Notes: generated by a model not told the origin, from the letters alone. A stretch of 63,818 nucleotides of DNA, filler included, from Lenisia limosa (GCA_001655205.1; 10 parts of 10 records of this genome joined end to end with filler, not necessarily neighbours in it); one strand, 5' to 3'. Counted from the whole stretch's first letter, positions 48,111 to 60,827 are shown. Numbers and translations: made by a program.

Positions 48111-51100
48111 CTGCATACCGCTGGAATGGCATCAGCAATAGCCTTGAAACGGGCAAACTCTTCAGCATGGTTACATTTCGACACCGGGAATGCGTTCTAA
48201 AACATAAAATTGGAAAAAGGAACTTATGACAAGAGGGACTGGGGAGGGAGGCGTTCCATCCAAACCTTTCCTCTCTTGATGAGCTTCTGGTACACAAAGT
48301 TCCTTCTGCCGTTGGGATACATGAGAGAGGGGTTGACAAAGATGTCAGAGGTGCTGTCGGNNNNNNNNNNNNNNNNNNNNNNNNNNNNNNNNNNNNNNNN
48401 NNNNNNNNNNNNNNNNNNNNNNNNNNNNNNNNNNNNNNNNNNNNNNNNNNNNNNNNNNNNNNTGGTTGAATCTGGTAAAGGAAAGGACCAAATAGTATTT
48501 GAACCAAACCGACTTTGGAAGAGGCAAAGAGGGCGGTTGGAGATAGTAGTGGGAATTCTGTAGTACGGATAGGCAATACTGCATAAGTTGCGGAACTCTG
48601 AGACGAGGAAGCCCTGAAAAGTAATTGGAATGAGGGGTGTACTATCATAGAATGTCCCATGTTGAAGGCCAACGTTGGGAAGCGCCTGGAAAAGGCCCAA
48701 AAGACTTCGGACAATGTCATCATGAAGTCGTACTCTGCGTACTCTCTACATGGTCAAAATAGTAGGCTTTTCAAACCTCTGGAATTGCCATAACTGGCCA
48801 GTCATGTCCATTCTTCTGGGCCCTCATGTCAACCTAATAAGCTAAGATGGGAAATAGGAATTGCGCATGTGGTTAACAAAAGATGCAGTTTTCCCTGTGA
48901 TCTACATGTAAATATTATATTTTTGTAGTGCGATACGTTTTTGGAGAATATAATGATATAATATTATAATAGTATATCAAATATGGTAAATTATATGATA
49001 TAATATAAAAATGCTTATTTCTCTTAACAATAACCAAGAGTCTTCCCTTGAATGCATTTGAACTGTATGTCCATTCATCCAGTTGGCCTCCCACTTGGCT
49101 GAGCAAATAGGCGTTCTTGCGTGCATGCAGCTCGGGAATCTGATTAGCGGCAGGTAGGCGAGGACGGGGCAACTAAGACTTCATATACGTATACAGATAG
49201 CAGCATGCATGAGTGATTCCTTTGGAAGTGTATCCAAAAACCAGGTACCTTCAGGGGGTTGTCGAGATACTTTTTGTTCTTCTTCTTGCCGATGTTGTAC
49301 TCCTCAGATGAGAGGGGCTTGTAAGGTAGATCCTCCATTTTCTACGTGGGTAATACCAGCCACCCAATATCTTCGAGAAATCTCATCATTTATATGTGTC
49401 GGACCACTTGCAGTAAAAAAACACGTCCTGAATGGAGAGCTAAATTCAAGGCAGTCTACTTAGTATATATTTGGTGACGCAACTTGATCACGAAGACACC
49501 CCCCCCCCCCNNNNNNNNNNNNNNNNNNNNNNNNNNNNNNNNNNNNNNNNNNNNNNNNNNNNNNNNNNNNNNNNNNNNNNNNNNNNNNNNNNNNNNNNNN
49601 NNNNNNNCGGATTTCTTGGTCGAAGAATTTCGAGACTTGTTCGTAGATCTACGATCGTCAAAACGCAGCCCATGTAAAGCCTCCATCAACCCCCCAACGT
49701 CATTGAAGTTATTGAAGCCATAGTTTTCAGGGCGGCCATGGCGGTAAGTGAAGGACTCCCTCAGAAGACTGAAGTCCACTGACCCTCCGTTTTGCGGCAC
49801 CAAGGGAACAATCATTCTTGCAAGGGCTTCAGGTCTTGGCCTCTGTAGTGTTAGGTTCAAAGTTGAAGGTGGCAAAATGAGATGCTATTCCTGTAAATAC
49901 ACACAAGCATCTGTTTAATTTGATTAATATAAGCTCAAGTAGAAAGACGACAAAAGGCCCAAGTCTAGCGACATATCATCCCATACGTCAAGAAGAATAG
50001 TTTTTAACTTGACATATTTATACTCATCTCAACACCGCCAAAGCCAACCACTCTAGTGCTTGTGGCGTAATTGATCACCTTGTCCTCCTCATCACTATCC
50101 TCCTTCTCCTCAATATTCTCCGGGCCGGACCAGCCGACACTCAGCGTGCCGGATTGGGCAATGAAGCTCTGGGCCTGGCCCTTCTCTGTCGTCGGGTCCG
50201 ACTGTGACCACCCTGAAGGGTCAACCAAGCCTTCTCCTTCATGTCTCGATGACACTTCAGCAAAAAACTATTGATCATCACTCTAGCCGCACCTACCGGT
50301 GGAGACGGATTTGTTGGCGTGTTGAGATATAACAAAGTCCTTTGCAGCCATCGCGGCGGTCATTTTATCCACACCCTTTGGGGCAGCTGTGCCCCACGCC
50401 TGCGTGTTAGAGCGAAATATGAAAGTGAACATCAGGAGAATGTCCTTTGCTTTTCATGATGCGATTATTGAGAAAATCAAAGCAAGGCGCAATAGGCATA
50501 GGCATACCTTATTACGACCATCTGGTGTCCATACATCTCCAGCTGAATAGGTTACTTTCAAATGCAAACCAGCGTTATTAAAAACCAAATGATATGCTTT
50601 GCAGTCCATTGTGAATGAGAACGTACAACTTAGAAGAATACCAGCAGCTGTTATTAAAATTTTATAATGTGAGAAAAGAAGAGAATATACCANNNNNNNN
50701 NNNNNNNNNNNNNNNNNNNNNNNNNNNNNNNNNNNNNNNNNNNNNNNNNNNNNNNNNNNNNNNNNNNNNNNNNNNNNNNNNNNNNNNNNNNNNNNNNNNN
50801 NNNNNNNNNNNNNNNNNNNNNNNTGGGCCCCGGCCTTTGGTGCGCCCCATCCTGAGTAGAAATGAGATGCTGTACACGTGGTACCTCCGTCAAAACCATC
50901 ATACCATTACAGTTTCAAAAGCGACTGCCGATGATAGCATACCATCTGGTCCTGAGACGGACTGGGGTGCGGGAGAAGGGCTCGGCTTCGTCCATGGATT
51001 CTGAGGCTGAAAAGTCAGACTGTGTATTAACTACTGGGAATACACATGTAGCATCAAAGCAATTGAACATTGCTACCTTAGGGGAGGCAGTTTTAGCAGG

Positions 51101-52107
51101 AGCACTCCATTCCTGGGTAGCTGTGGGTGCTGGTGTTCCCCATCCTCCTTGCTATGCTTGGTGAGAGCCGCGGAGTGTGTGGTGAATAGAGTTGCCATAA
51201 ATGTTACAAATATTAGAACAATGCAAACACTAACTTGCTGGGGTTTCTGCTGGGTAGTCGGTGCAGGGGTACCCCACCCGCCTGTCTAGACAGGCGGTAT
51301 GTTAGAAGAAAGGAAGTTAATAGCAACATGTAGATAGTACGTGAAAATCACACAATTTACATCCACATGGTAATAGACATGTTACCTGAGGCTGTTTGGG
51401 TTGCTGGGGTTGGACAGTTGGAGCCGCACCCCATCCGGCAGCCTTGTGGTGAGAAATAATCTGGCCAATGGGGGAAGTAGAGCTTTGCAATAGGAAGACA
51501 ATGCAAGTGTCGGGTCTTGCTTACCTGTGCCTGAGGTTGCACCAGTTTCTGTGTCGTTGGTGCAGGATTGCCCCATCCCTTGATTGTAAGAAGAACCTAT
51601 CACATCGTGATGTCAGTAATTGCAACAAGGCAAGTCGATGGGATCTGGTATTAAAACAAAGTTAGTCAAACAACATGAAGGAAAGAAGCACGCGCAGTAA
51701 CCTGAGAGGTCTGTGTTTGTTCTGGTGCAGGGCCAGTCCGTGGTGGCACCTGCTGCGTAAATACCACACTCTGAAATCCAAATGTAAACTCCTCTTTTGT
51801 TAAGATTTCAGAAATTTCCATAAAAACACAGAGAACAATTCATAGAAGAGTGTGTTACACGCCACTAACCTGTTGGGGAGGGGCAGAGGGAGACTGCTCA
51901 GAAGGACCTTAATGGTTGTGAGACAGACAACACGTATCCCAACACCCACTTTTGGAATAGTCAAATCCAAGGTCAACCTAAATGCATTATTAAATGTAAT
52001 ATCAAGAGATGGAGCTTATAAGACAAACAAAAAATATCACATAGAACACAGCGTACAACTTGCTTTTCCGAAGACTTCGACTTCTTTCTTCTTCTTCCTC
52101 CTCCCAT
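48111..52107 (-). CDS. GW/WG-repeat protein with LOTUS/OST-HTH-like domains (3' end in gap)
   Basis: ATG at 52107 (MGGGRRRKKSKSSEKQ). Phase-0 mini-exons 51525-51578 (GWGNPAP..), 51386-51442 (AAGWGAAP..), 51235-51285 (TGGWGTPAP..) and 51077-51150 (QGGWG[T]PAP.. with a 1-nt deficit); then GWGAPK, AWGTAAP, SGWSQ, VGWSG; then MIVPLVPQNGGSVDFSLLRESFTYRHGRPENYGFNNFNDVGGLMEAL, YLLSQVGGQLDEWTYSSNAFKGRLL and DIVRSLLGLFQALPNGFLVSEFRNLCSIAYP. Confidence 0.7.
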
Positions 52108-52366
52108 TGTTAAAAAGATCAAGAAAAGGCGAGGAAAGGAAGTTTTTAACAAAGTTTCACTCAAATCTTGGCGCTTGGTGATTATACGCTCTTCCCCCCC
52201 CCCCTCCTGCTCTCCATCTTCCCATCTGTAGTATACATAAAAATAACAGCAATAACACAAAATATAAACTGAATAACCTTGTGGCTGCAAAACGTGATTG
52301 CAAGGTTCGAACGTCTTGACCTTCTCTCGTACTGGATTGTGGATTTTTTCATGCCTGTTTTGAAGA

Positions 52367-55110
52367 ATGTCCTCTTCTGACATAATTGAACCTGCAAACG
52401 GATCTTCTAGCCCACAGAGCAATTCAACTGATGAAGCAATCGCACCCCAGCCACTTTTTTCATGTCCTCTGTGCCAACAGGTAAGATCATACTTTACCGA
52501 CTCATTTAAACGAGCAAACATATATAATTTCATTGTTGAAAACACTGTCCAATGGTCACTCTCAAGCGCTCGGATGAGGTGATAGAAACGTTTCTGGTCC
52601 GGGACATTGTCAAGGCGCTGGAACCCCTCGAAGGCGTGTCAAATATCTCCACATTATTACAGGTGAGATTGACGAGGGTTCTTGGTAACAATGAGGGAGA
52701 ATAAATATTGTCGTGTTCTTCTTTCGACCTTTTGTCACCCCAAAGTGCCCGGTTTGCTTCGAAGATTATTCTGTCAGCACTATTCCCCAGACTCTTGTGT
52801 GTGGTCACACGTTCTGCAACGGATGTCTCAGCCAGTGGGGGCTGCACTTTTAAGATAATAATGAAATACCTGATTTTTAGATCTATTGCTTAATATATAT
52901 TATCAACCCAGAAATATCATTTTATCATATCATATGTATAATATACTAGTAATACATCTGATATAATATGATATATCCAATGAATGAAGTAGATATGACA
53001 AAATGCTTTTTTATTATAATTTTTTTAAAAGTTATCAACCCTCAGAATTCGTCGAAAATCCCCAGCACCACCATCAGAAGCCAACCCTGATGCAGATGTT
53101 GAAAGTTGGCATGGAATGTATATTTTATTACTCATGGCAGAGGATGATGTTACCATATTTGCAACATTTGACGCTTCAGATATGATCAATGACATGCAAC
53201 AGGCTTCTGTGATGTATAGCGTTGTGTTTAATAGAAACGTAAGCTTAACGATAATGCACAGGCGCTTTACTCTTCAGCGGAAGGTTTTTCTCCCTGCATT
53301 CGCTGCTGGTGTTGTCCAGGCCAGTTTGTTCGTTGCGGCCTTTTCCATTTGCAGACCGTTCCTTCCTCATCTCATCGCACGACTGGTGGGCAGTGAGGAT
53401 GGAATTATGAATCTTGTACTCTATATATGGTATGTATTATATGTATTATATAATTATAGAAACCATAAACCTTTACTGCAATACTATCGTTTTTTTTTAT
53501 TAACTCCCCCCCCCCCCNNNNNNNNNNNNNNNNNNNNNNNNNNNNNNNNNNNNNNNNNNNNNNNNNNNNNNNNNNNNNNNNNNNNNNNNNNNNNNNNNNN
53601 NNNNNNNNNNNNNNNNNNNNNNNNNNNNNNNNNNNNNNNNNNNNNNNNNNNNNNNNNNNNNNNNNNNNNNNNNNNNNNNNNNNNNNNNNNNNNNNNNNNN
53701 NNNNNNNNNNNNNNNNNNNNNNNNNNNNNNNNNNNNNNNNNNNNNNNNNNNNNNNNNNNNNCCTTTCTGCCATTTCGGGAGGATGTGTTGCATTTGGCAT
53801 GGCACATGGTCTCACTGCAGGCAGTATGGATAGTGTATGTGGGCAATATTAGGCACAACCGGGTTCGCCAAGCGATTGGAACTAATGAATCTTTTCCTTT
53901 TTCTTGATACTCTGTACAAATATTCTCCATCGTTATAGAGTCTTATCTCAGATTATGGAAATGGAGATTATACATGAAATACCTATGACTCACGTTCACC
54001 CCATTAGTCTGCCTTGGGGTGGTCGCATCTTATCAACGCTACAACGGGCATTTGGGGCGCCTGGGCCTCTACAGGGTTTGCCACTCTCTTCTTCCAGGTG
54101 GGCTGACAAGGGCGCGGGGTTGTCCATTTATCTGATTTGACTCTTTAGTCCCCTATGTCTATATTGGCATTCATGAAGAATACTGTCAGGAGTTACAAGC
54201 GGGTCAAATGTGTACGTGAATGCATTCATAACCCATGGTAAGAGTTGTGTCAGAAATCTGCATCACCTTTTCGAATCCGAAATGGACTAATTAAACTTCT
54301 ACCAGATCATGATATACATATTCTCATTTGTGAACTGAATTGAATTGCGACGTATTTCCTGGATAACGGTTTAGGTTCTTTTCCGATGTGCATAACACTC
54401 TTTTGTTCGGCGTATTGCCTCTTGAATGTTTGTGGTGCTCTAGAAGAGAAGCTAGATGAATACTGATGATATGTACACTGACCTACCCAGGTACATACAT
54501 TCTTATGGATATTGCTTCTTATGCAGGACTTCGTTACTTCAAGTACAAGAACGAAGAATCCCCTCCCTTCGACTACAAACGTGAGAATTCTCACTGTTAA
54601 TAGCACACATGTTCCTGTTACACACTCTTTGTATTCCTCTCACCACTTCAGCATACCTTGAGATCTTCCTGAATGTAAGCCTTTGGATGCCTATTGTCAT
54701 TCTTTTTTCTTGTATCTTGGCTGACCGTCGCCTCAGAGCTCATACCGACTACTGACCACTTTGTCGGCTGCCGCGGTTGCTGACCTTTTGTTCAAAGCGC
54801 TTCCCGAGGTACTGCTAATAAATCGTATCATTATAATGAGGCGCAGTCGCATAGGCCTTGCACATAACTGTATAGGCCGTGTGCCCTGAAAACCCGATTG
54901 TTTTGACCCTGGCTGTTGCTGGTATTTCTCAAGTTGGGGGGGGGGGGGNNNNNNNNNNNNNNNNNNNNNNNNNNNNNNNNNNNNNNNNNNNNNNNNNNNN
55001 NNNNNNNNGTGTAGGCAGTGACAACGTTTATTCCTCTGGATGCCTCTGGTCTGGGGCAGAGGGTGTCATGGCAGCCCCAAAGCTCTATATTTGTCTAGCT
55101 CCTTTATCTT
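52367..55110 (+). CDS. RING-finger protein with probable transmembrane segments; head-to-head with the GW gene (~260 bp apart)
   Basis: ATG 52367; exon ~52746-52834 encodes CPVCFEDYSVSTIPQTLVCGHTFCNGCL (C3HC4-type ligands 1-6). Later exons are hydrophobic (VFLPAFAAGVVQASLFVAAFSIC; LTTLSAAAVADLLFKALPEAVCPENPIVLTLAVAGISQ). 3' structure uncertain. Confidence 0.6.
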
Positions 55111-55238
55111 CTACTTCCCGCGCGTGGCGGTGCTGCAATGTACTAATAATTACCAAGCTTAACGGAAATATACTCACTTACATAAATATAGTCTTAGAAA
55201 CGAATAATAAGAGGAACATAAATAGCGAAGACACCAAC

Positions 55239-57129
55239 TTAGATATAGTCCGCGGCTGGGAAGAAATACCAGTATTTTGAATGATCCTCCGGAAGGGAGC
55301 CATGCACAATAGCTGGTAGCGCAAACTCAAACTCAACCGAGGCCTTAGTGGTCAGCAAAACGTCCAGCACGTCATAGAACGCCCCAACCCTCCTACAACA
55401 CCAGCGGGAATAGACATATGCGAATGAAGATACCCAGAGGAGCCTTGCGAATATGAGCGGCTTTGGAAAGTCCAAGTGTTGAGAGGCAGAGGATTGGTGA
55501 TGAATGCTGAATGATGAGCAGGCCAAAGGACCTCCAGACGCACCATCATGGTTGACACTTCCGGACAGGAGCCTCATGTACATGCCCATCGTGGTGGGCA
55601 TTCCACGTGTCAGATCCAGCTGCAAACATCAACAGAATTTATCTGAAGGGGTTTTCTGACAATACAAACGGACGTGTCTTTTTTACGGTTACAATATTCG
55701 ACCAAGCTACATATTATATAAGGAAGCAGTACGAACCTTGTGAAGGCTTGAAGTTCTGTATACTATATAGCAATGAGAAATAAAAAATAAAGTTGTATCT
55801 GGTATGTAGTAATAGTATATCATATGATATATATGGTATACAATAACTACATTAAGTGTTCACATAAAACGGCACAATGGAAATGTAAAAAAGGCCAACC
55901 CACTCTTTGATAGGGACCAATAATTGCAGCTTTGGACGGGTCAGGTTTGATACAAACTGATCTCACAATCTGAAAAGGGTGAAAACTGATCATACCATTG
56001 CGTTTCCTGTCATCGCACAATGCTACTAAACCTCATGTCAAACCTCAAAATTCCGGGCAAGATGTAACGAATTGTGTCCCATCAGATTTAGCAGCTCAGT
56101 AACTGGGGAGAACAATGTTAGACATGAAACAAAACTAAAAACTCGATTTGGGTAAACATTTGAGAAATACACGAGAGTTTGAAAAAAAAAAGTACAGGCT
56201 AGTCCATTCTCCAACATCGTATCCCCACTCCGTACCATGTGAAATAAAAACAAATGAAAACAAAACACTAAAACAAAGAAATATAAACAGTCTGATACAC
56301 CAGCATTAGGAAAATTTAAAATTTAGATGGGAGTTGCGAGTTGTGAAAACCCTCCGGATATTTGGTCAATGCAAACCCAATAACCATTAACTGATCTGTT
56401 GCTATCCCCTGTGGCCACATATTCAGCTTGCGTCCACGTGCATGTAACGTCAATGTACTGTTGGAACCATGCCGTTCCGGTGGTGGTTGAGCGCGGTGAG
56501 TACATCGGATTCTTCTCGCGAGTGGGGAATCCGGTTGGACGGGATTCTAATGGAATCAATTTACTCGAAGATGCAAGGACAGGATAAAACGACGATACAT
56601 TCATATAATATATTGCATATGGAACATATTTCTAAAGATTGCAGGATCTGGCAATATGGAACCCTTTTCATCCCTTTTCGCGTACCGAGCTCGGACACCC
56701 TTGCAAGAAGAGCGGTATATTCGGCCATTGTTGGGCCCGCTGACGTCACTAAACTGTAAGCAAGGGGCCACGGCTTCCTCAATTGATAGAATTTTGTAAT
56801 GTTAATCAAATAAAGTATCAAAATAATAAAGTGTGTCACCCACTCACAACTTCATATATAATCACATTGGTGTATTGGGTATTGCAAAAGGTATTTCGAA
56901 GAATCATCCAAGAAAACTTAATTAAATACATATCAAATCAATATATCACGTAAAACTTCCGCATACCATTAGTACCATCATCGAAGTTGATCAAGCCAGT
57001 GTTGACAACTTCTGAAGTCAGGGTGTTGACGTGAACTGCCCTGTTCTTATCCATTACAAATCCTGATACTATCGTCAAAAAAAGGCCACAGAGGGCACAC
57101 ATTGCCAGCAGATCACCACTACGTGCCAT
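55239..57129 (-). CDS. Putative secreted protein, multi-exon, unknown family
   Basis: N-terminal hydrophobic stretch (MARSGDLLAMCALCGLFLTIVSG) and several AG/GT-bounded open segments (56960-57129, 56680-56755, 56400-56460, 55300-55620). Confidence 0.4.
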
Positions 57130-57479
57130 TTTCGTTCTAAGAACCACCGATTGACTTTGGGACTCAGAGAAGAACAGAAGAATACAGAAATATATAAGTA
57201 ACAATAACTCTCACTCACTTATAATTCTATCTACCTACAATCTACCCTACAACAAACGTAGCAAACGTCGAGCGTAGAGGCAGAAAGGGGGGGGGGGGGN
57301 NNNNNNNNNNNNNNNNNNNNNNNNNNNNNNNNNNNNNNNNNNNTTAATTAATTAANNNNNNNNNNNNNNNNNNNNNNNNNNNNNNNNNNNNNNNNNNNNG
57401 GGGTAAGATTGGAGACCCAGGTATTATGATGAGCAAATTATACTTTAGACTTGTGTAAATTGACCCCCCCCCCCCACGT

Positions 57480-60400
57480 GGTGCGCATTGTGGGTGCGGC
57501 TGTGCTACCGGTTTCGGCTCTGGAGAAGTCAGCCATGGTAACATATCATATATCATATGTAGAAGCCCTAAAGATAGAAATGTAGAGGGGCTGTAGGAAG
57601 CTATTGATACAACCATGTCTAGTTTAAATGTGCTGTCTATGCGATCACTTTCGCCAGATATTTCTAATTCATCTCACATTACAGTACTGAAACTTTGAAG
57701 AAGAGTGACCTACAGAGGGGAGCCAGTAGCAGGCGCGGGGGAGGCGGCAGGAGTGTTCTTTGTTGTGGTTTCGATCTGCTGCAGAGATAGGCTGAGACTG
57801 TCGTTCTAAAGGATCAATGAGGTCGTCATTGACACAAGAAGCTTTTGTTAACTTCAAATAGAGTCTTTCACCTTGTTACTTCTATACAAGGCTTCACTTT
57901 CGGTTCCAAAAAAACTGAATGCTCGATGATCCTCGATAAATATCTATATTTACAGGTGTTTTGGAACCGAAAGTGAAGCTCTACTTCTCCAACCCCCAAC
58001 CCCCCAACCTTGACCCTGAGCTTGTCTCTATCGAGCTTGAGAAGCATCTTTTCCTTCATAGCAGCCTCGTACTTAGCCTTGAGCTGGTCCAAGGAGGGTT
58101 GGAAGGCGTCGGCATGCCTCTTTAGCCTCTGGTGGGGGGGGGGGNNNNNNNNNNNNNNNNNNNNNNNNNNNNNNNNNNNNNNNNNNNNNNNNNNNNNNNN
58201 NNNNNNNNNNNNNNNNNNNNNNNNNNNNNNNNNNNNNNNNNNNNNNNNNNNNNNNNNNNNNNNNNNNNNNNNNNNNNNNNNNNNNNNNNNNNNNNNNTGG
58301 CTGACACACATAATATGATGTAGTAAGTATTATATCATTACACCGGACCCCTCTCGCACCTTCAGGTCGGTAACCAGGCGCTGCTTCTCCTGCACCACAC
58401 GTCTGTGATGCATTCGATGGAAGTCCCGCTCCTTACGCAACTTATCCCACGTGCCGCGCGCCTTACTGAGGCCGGGTGAAATAGGAACATTTGGGAAGAA
58501 ATAAAAACATAAAAAATAAACTCTCTTGGCCAAACTTTTGAGACATACAGGAGTGGACAATACCCACATNNNNNNNNNNNNNNNNNNNNNNNNNNNNNNN
58601 NNNNNNNNNNNNNNNNNNNNNNNNNNNNNNNNNNNNNNNNNNNNNNNNNNNNNNNNNNNNNNNNNNNNNNNNNNNNNNNNNNNNNNNNNNNNNNNNNNNN
58701 NNNNNNNNNNNNNNNNNNNNNNNNNNNNNNNNNNNNNNNTCCCCCCCTACTGGGCAATTTCCTTCCACTTCGCATTCTCAGCCTTCATGGATTCGATCTA
58801 GGAGCGTAAATCAAAATAGAAAAGAAAAGAATCTTAGAGGACATTCAAATATAATATAAAAGGAGAAGCCGCGAATTTTCAACTTCCTAACTACTAGGTG
58901 GCCCAATAATGTGTCATAATTCACATCTCTCTGTGCCATTGCTAACACTACTTCCTGTGACACTGAATTAACATTAATGAGCCCCCACTTCTCCTCATAT
59001 CATCTACTAAGTGGCCCAATAATATCTCATAATTCACCCCCCCCCCNNNNNNNNNNNNNNNNNNNNNNNNNNNNNNNNNNNNNNNNNNNNNNNNNNNNNN
59101 NNNNNNNNNNNNNNNNNNNNNNNNNNNNNNNNNNNNNNNNNNNNNNNNNNNNNNNNNNNNNNNNNNNNNNNNNNNNNNNNNNNNNNNNNNNNNNNNNNNN
59201 NNNNNNNNNNNNNNNNNNNNNNNNNNNNNNNNNNNNNNGACAATGTGCAATTAATTGAAAAAATAATTGCAAAATTTGAAGTGTGACACTTTGTTATGTA
59301 ACTTAATTTCAAATTTTGTCAATTAAAGTCTTTAAAAAAATTAATTGGACAGATCCTTAATTATTTCCAGTTATGTGATACATGAGCTTGACTATTGGGG
59401 GTAGGGGGGGCATGGTGTGTACGGAATTGCATAAAAGCCGAAGAGAGTTATTAAGGTACCTGCTCCCTTAGAACGCTTATTGTTGAGAAGACGTCACTAA
59501 TGCTTTCCTTTCTAACTTCCCACAATAATTATTATTTTGCTGCTTGAAAAACAAATGGCATACCTGGAACATCTGAAGGGTTTGGGTCATTTCTGCCCTT
59601 ATCAGCCAATTTCGGAAGAAGTCTTCAACCTAAGAGGTCAGTGGAAAACAACAATTCAGCATGAAAATAATTAAAAACGAAAAACGAAACAAATAAAAGA
59701 CTTAATTGACAGTTAAAGGAGGACGCAAAAAGGAGAGGAAGATTAATCACGAAAAAGATAGGCAATAAAGTTGGTACCAGATAGTTTACGATTTAAGGAA
59801 TTCCAANNNNNNNNNNNNNNNNNNNNNNNNNNNNNNNNNNNNNNNNNNNNNNNNNNNNNNNNNNNNNNNNNNNNNNNNNNNNNNNNNNNNNNNNNNNNNN
59901 NNNNNNNNNNNNNNNNNNNNNTAGCTAGCGACTACACAGTGAAATCATGGATGATTATTTCCCATTTTATTGATCTATTGATCTGATCATTTAGACCCTC
60001 ACCCCCTCATTCTATTTTCCAACGTGTTCTGGTTATCTTTATCCCTACCCACTTATTCTCTCCTGTCTGATCGTTTTGACGGTGTCTTCAAGGGCCTTGA
60101 GAGTGGCATCGTCGGCATCATCTTCTGACGACAAGTCTGCTCCCTCTNNNNNNNNNNNNNNNNNNNNNNNNNNNNNNNNNNNNNNNNNNNNNNNNNNNNN
60201 NNNNNNNNNNNNNNNNNNNNNNNNNNNNNNNNNNNNNNNNNNNNNNNNNNNNNNNNNNNNNNNNNNNNNNNNNNNNNNNNNNNNNNNNNNNNNNNNTAAC
60301 CAAAAGACACGTGGAGGAAAACTGGAAATAGGAAACACAAAAAAAAGTGTATAGTGTACGCGGCAAATATTAGAAATGCAATCCATTTGTAAAGTAGAAT

Positions 60401-60827
60401 GCGAAAAGAATACAGTGAACACTCAAACAAGGATCAGGGCTGTTGAAGAAGTACCGGATATTAACAAAACACAAAAGTAGCACCCAGAAATAAGAAAAAA
60501 AAAAACAAGCCCGCCAGAAACAAACTCAGGAGACACATGCAAAGGAGTATATTGAAAATAGNNNNNNNNNNNNNNNNNNNNNNNNNNNNNNNNNNNNNNN
60601 NNNNNNNNNNNNNNNNNNNNNNNNNNNNNNNNNNNNNNNNNNNNNNNNNNNNNNNNNNNNNNAAAAGACAGTAAAACAGCCAATAAATCATTATAACAAA
60701 AACCCGTGAAGATTATTCATCAAAGGGTTAGAAATTCCCAGTTCCAACCAAGATCAATATCCTCATAGGTAAAGCTGTCATCACTATCGCCGTCTGAAAC
60801 ATCTGCAACTGTGACGTAGGGCAACAT
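57480..60827 (-). CDS. SPAG16: PF20/SPAG16 flagellar central-pair protein, N-terminal coiled-coil half (WD40 part presumably in gap at ~57300-57400); start codon uncertain
   Basis: Exons encode DSDDSFTYEDIDL, VEDFFRNWLIRAEMTQTLQMFQ, KARGTWDKLRKERDFHRMHHRRVVQEKQRLVTDLK and QPSLDQLKAKYEAAMKEKMLLKLDRDKL, matching the diagnostic SPAG16/PF20 segments KERDFHRMHH.R.VQEK and KYEAAMKEKML. Confidence 0.9.

Noticed and set aside
3237-57355. TTAATTAATTAA palindrome repeated nine times (~3237, 10638, 19079, 24892, 40201, 42662, 46070, 48054, 57344)
   Set aside because: Always embedded in N runs and gives stops in all six frames; it is an artificial scaffold-gap linker, not biology.
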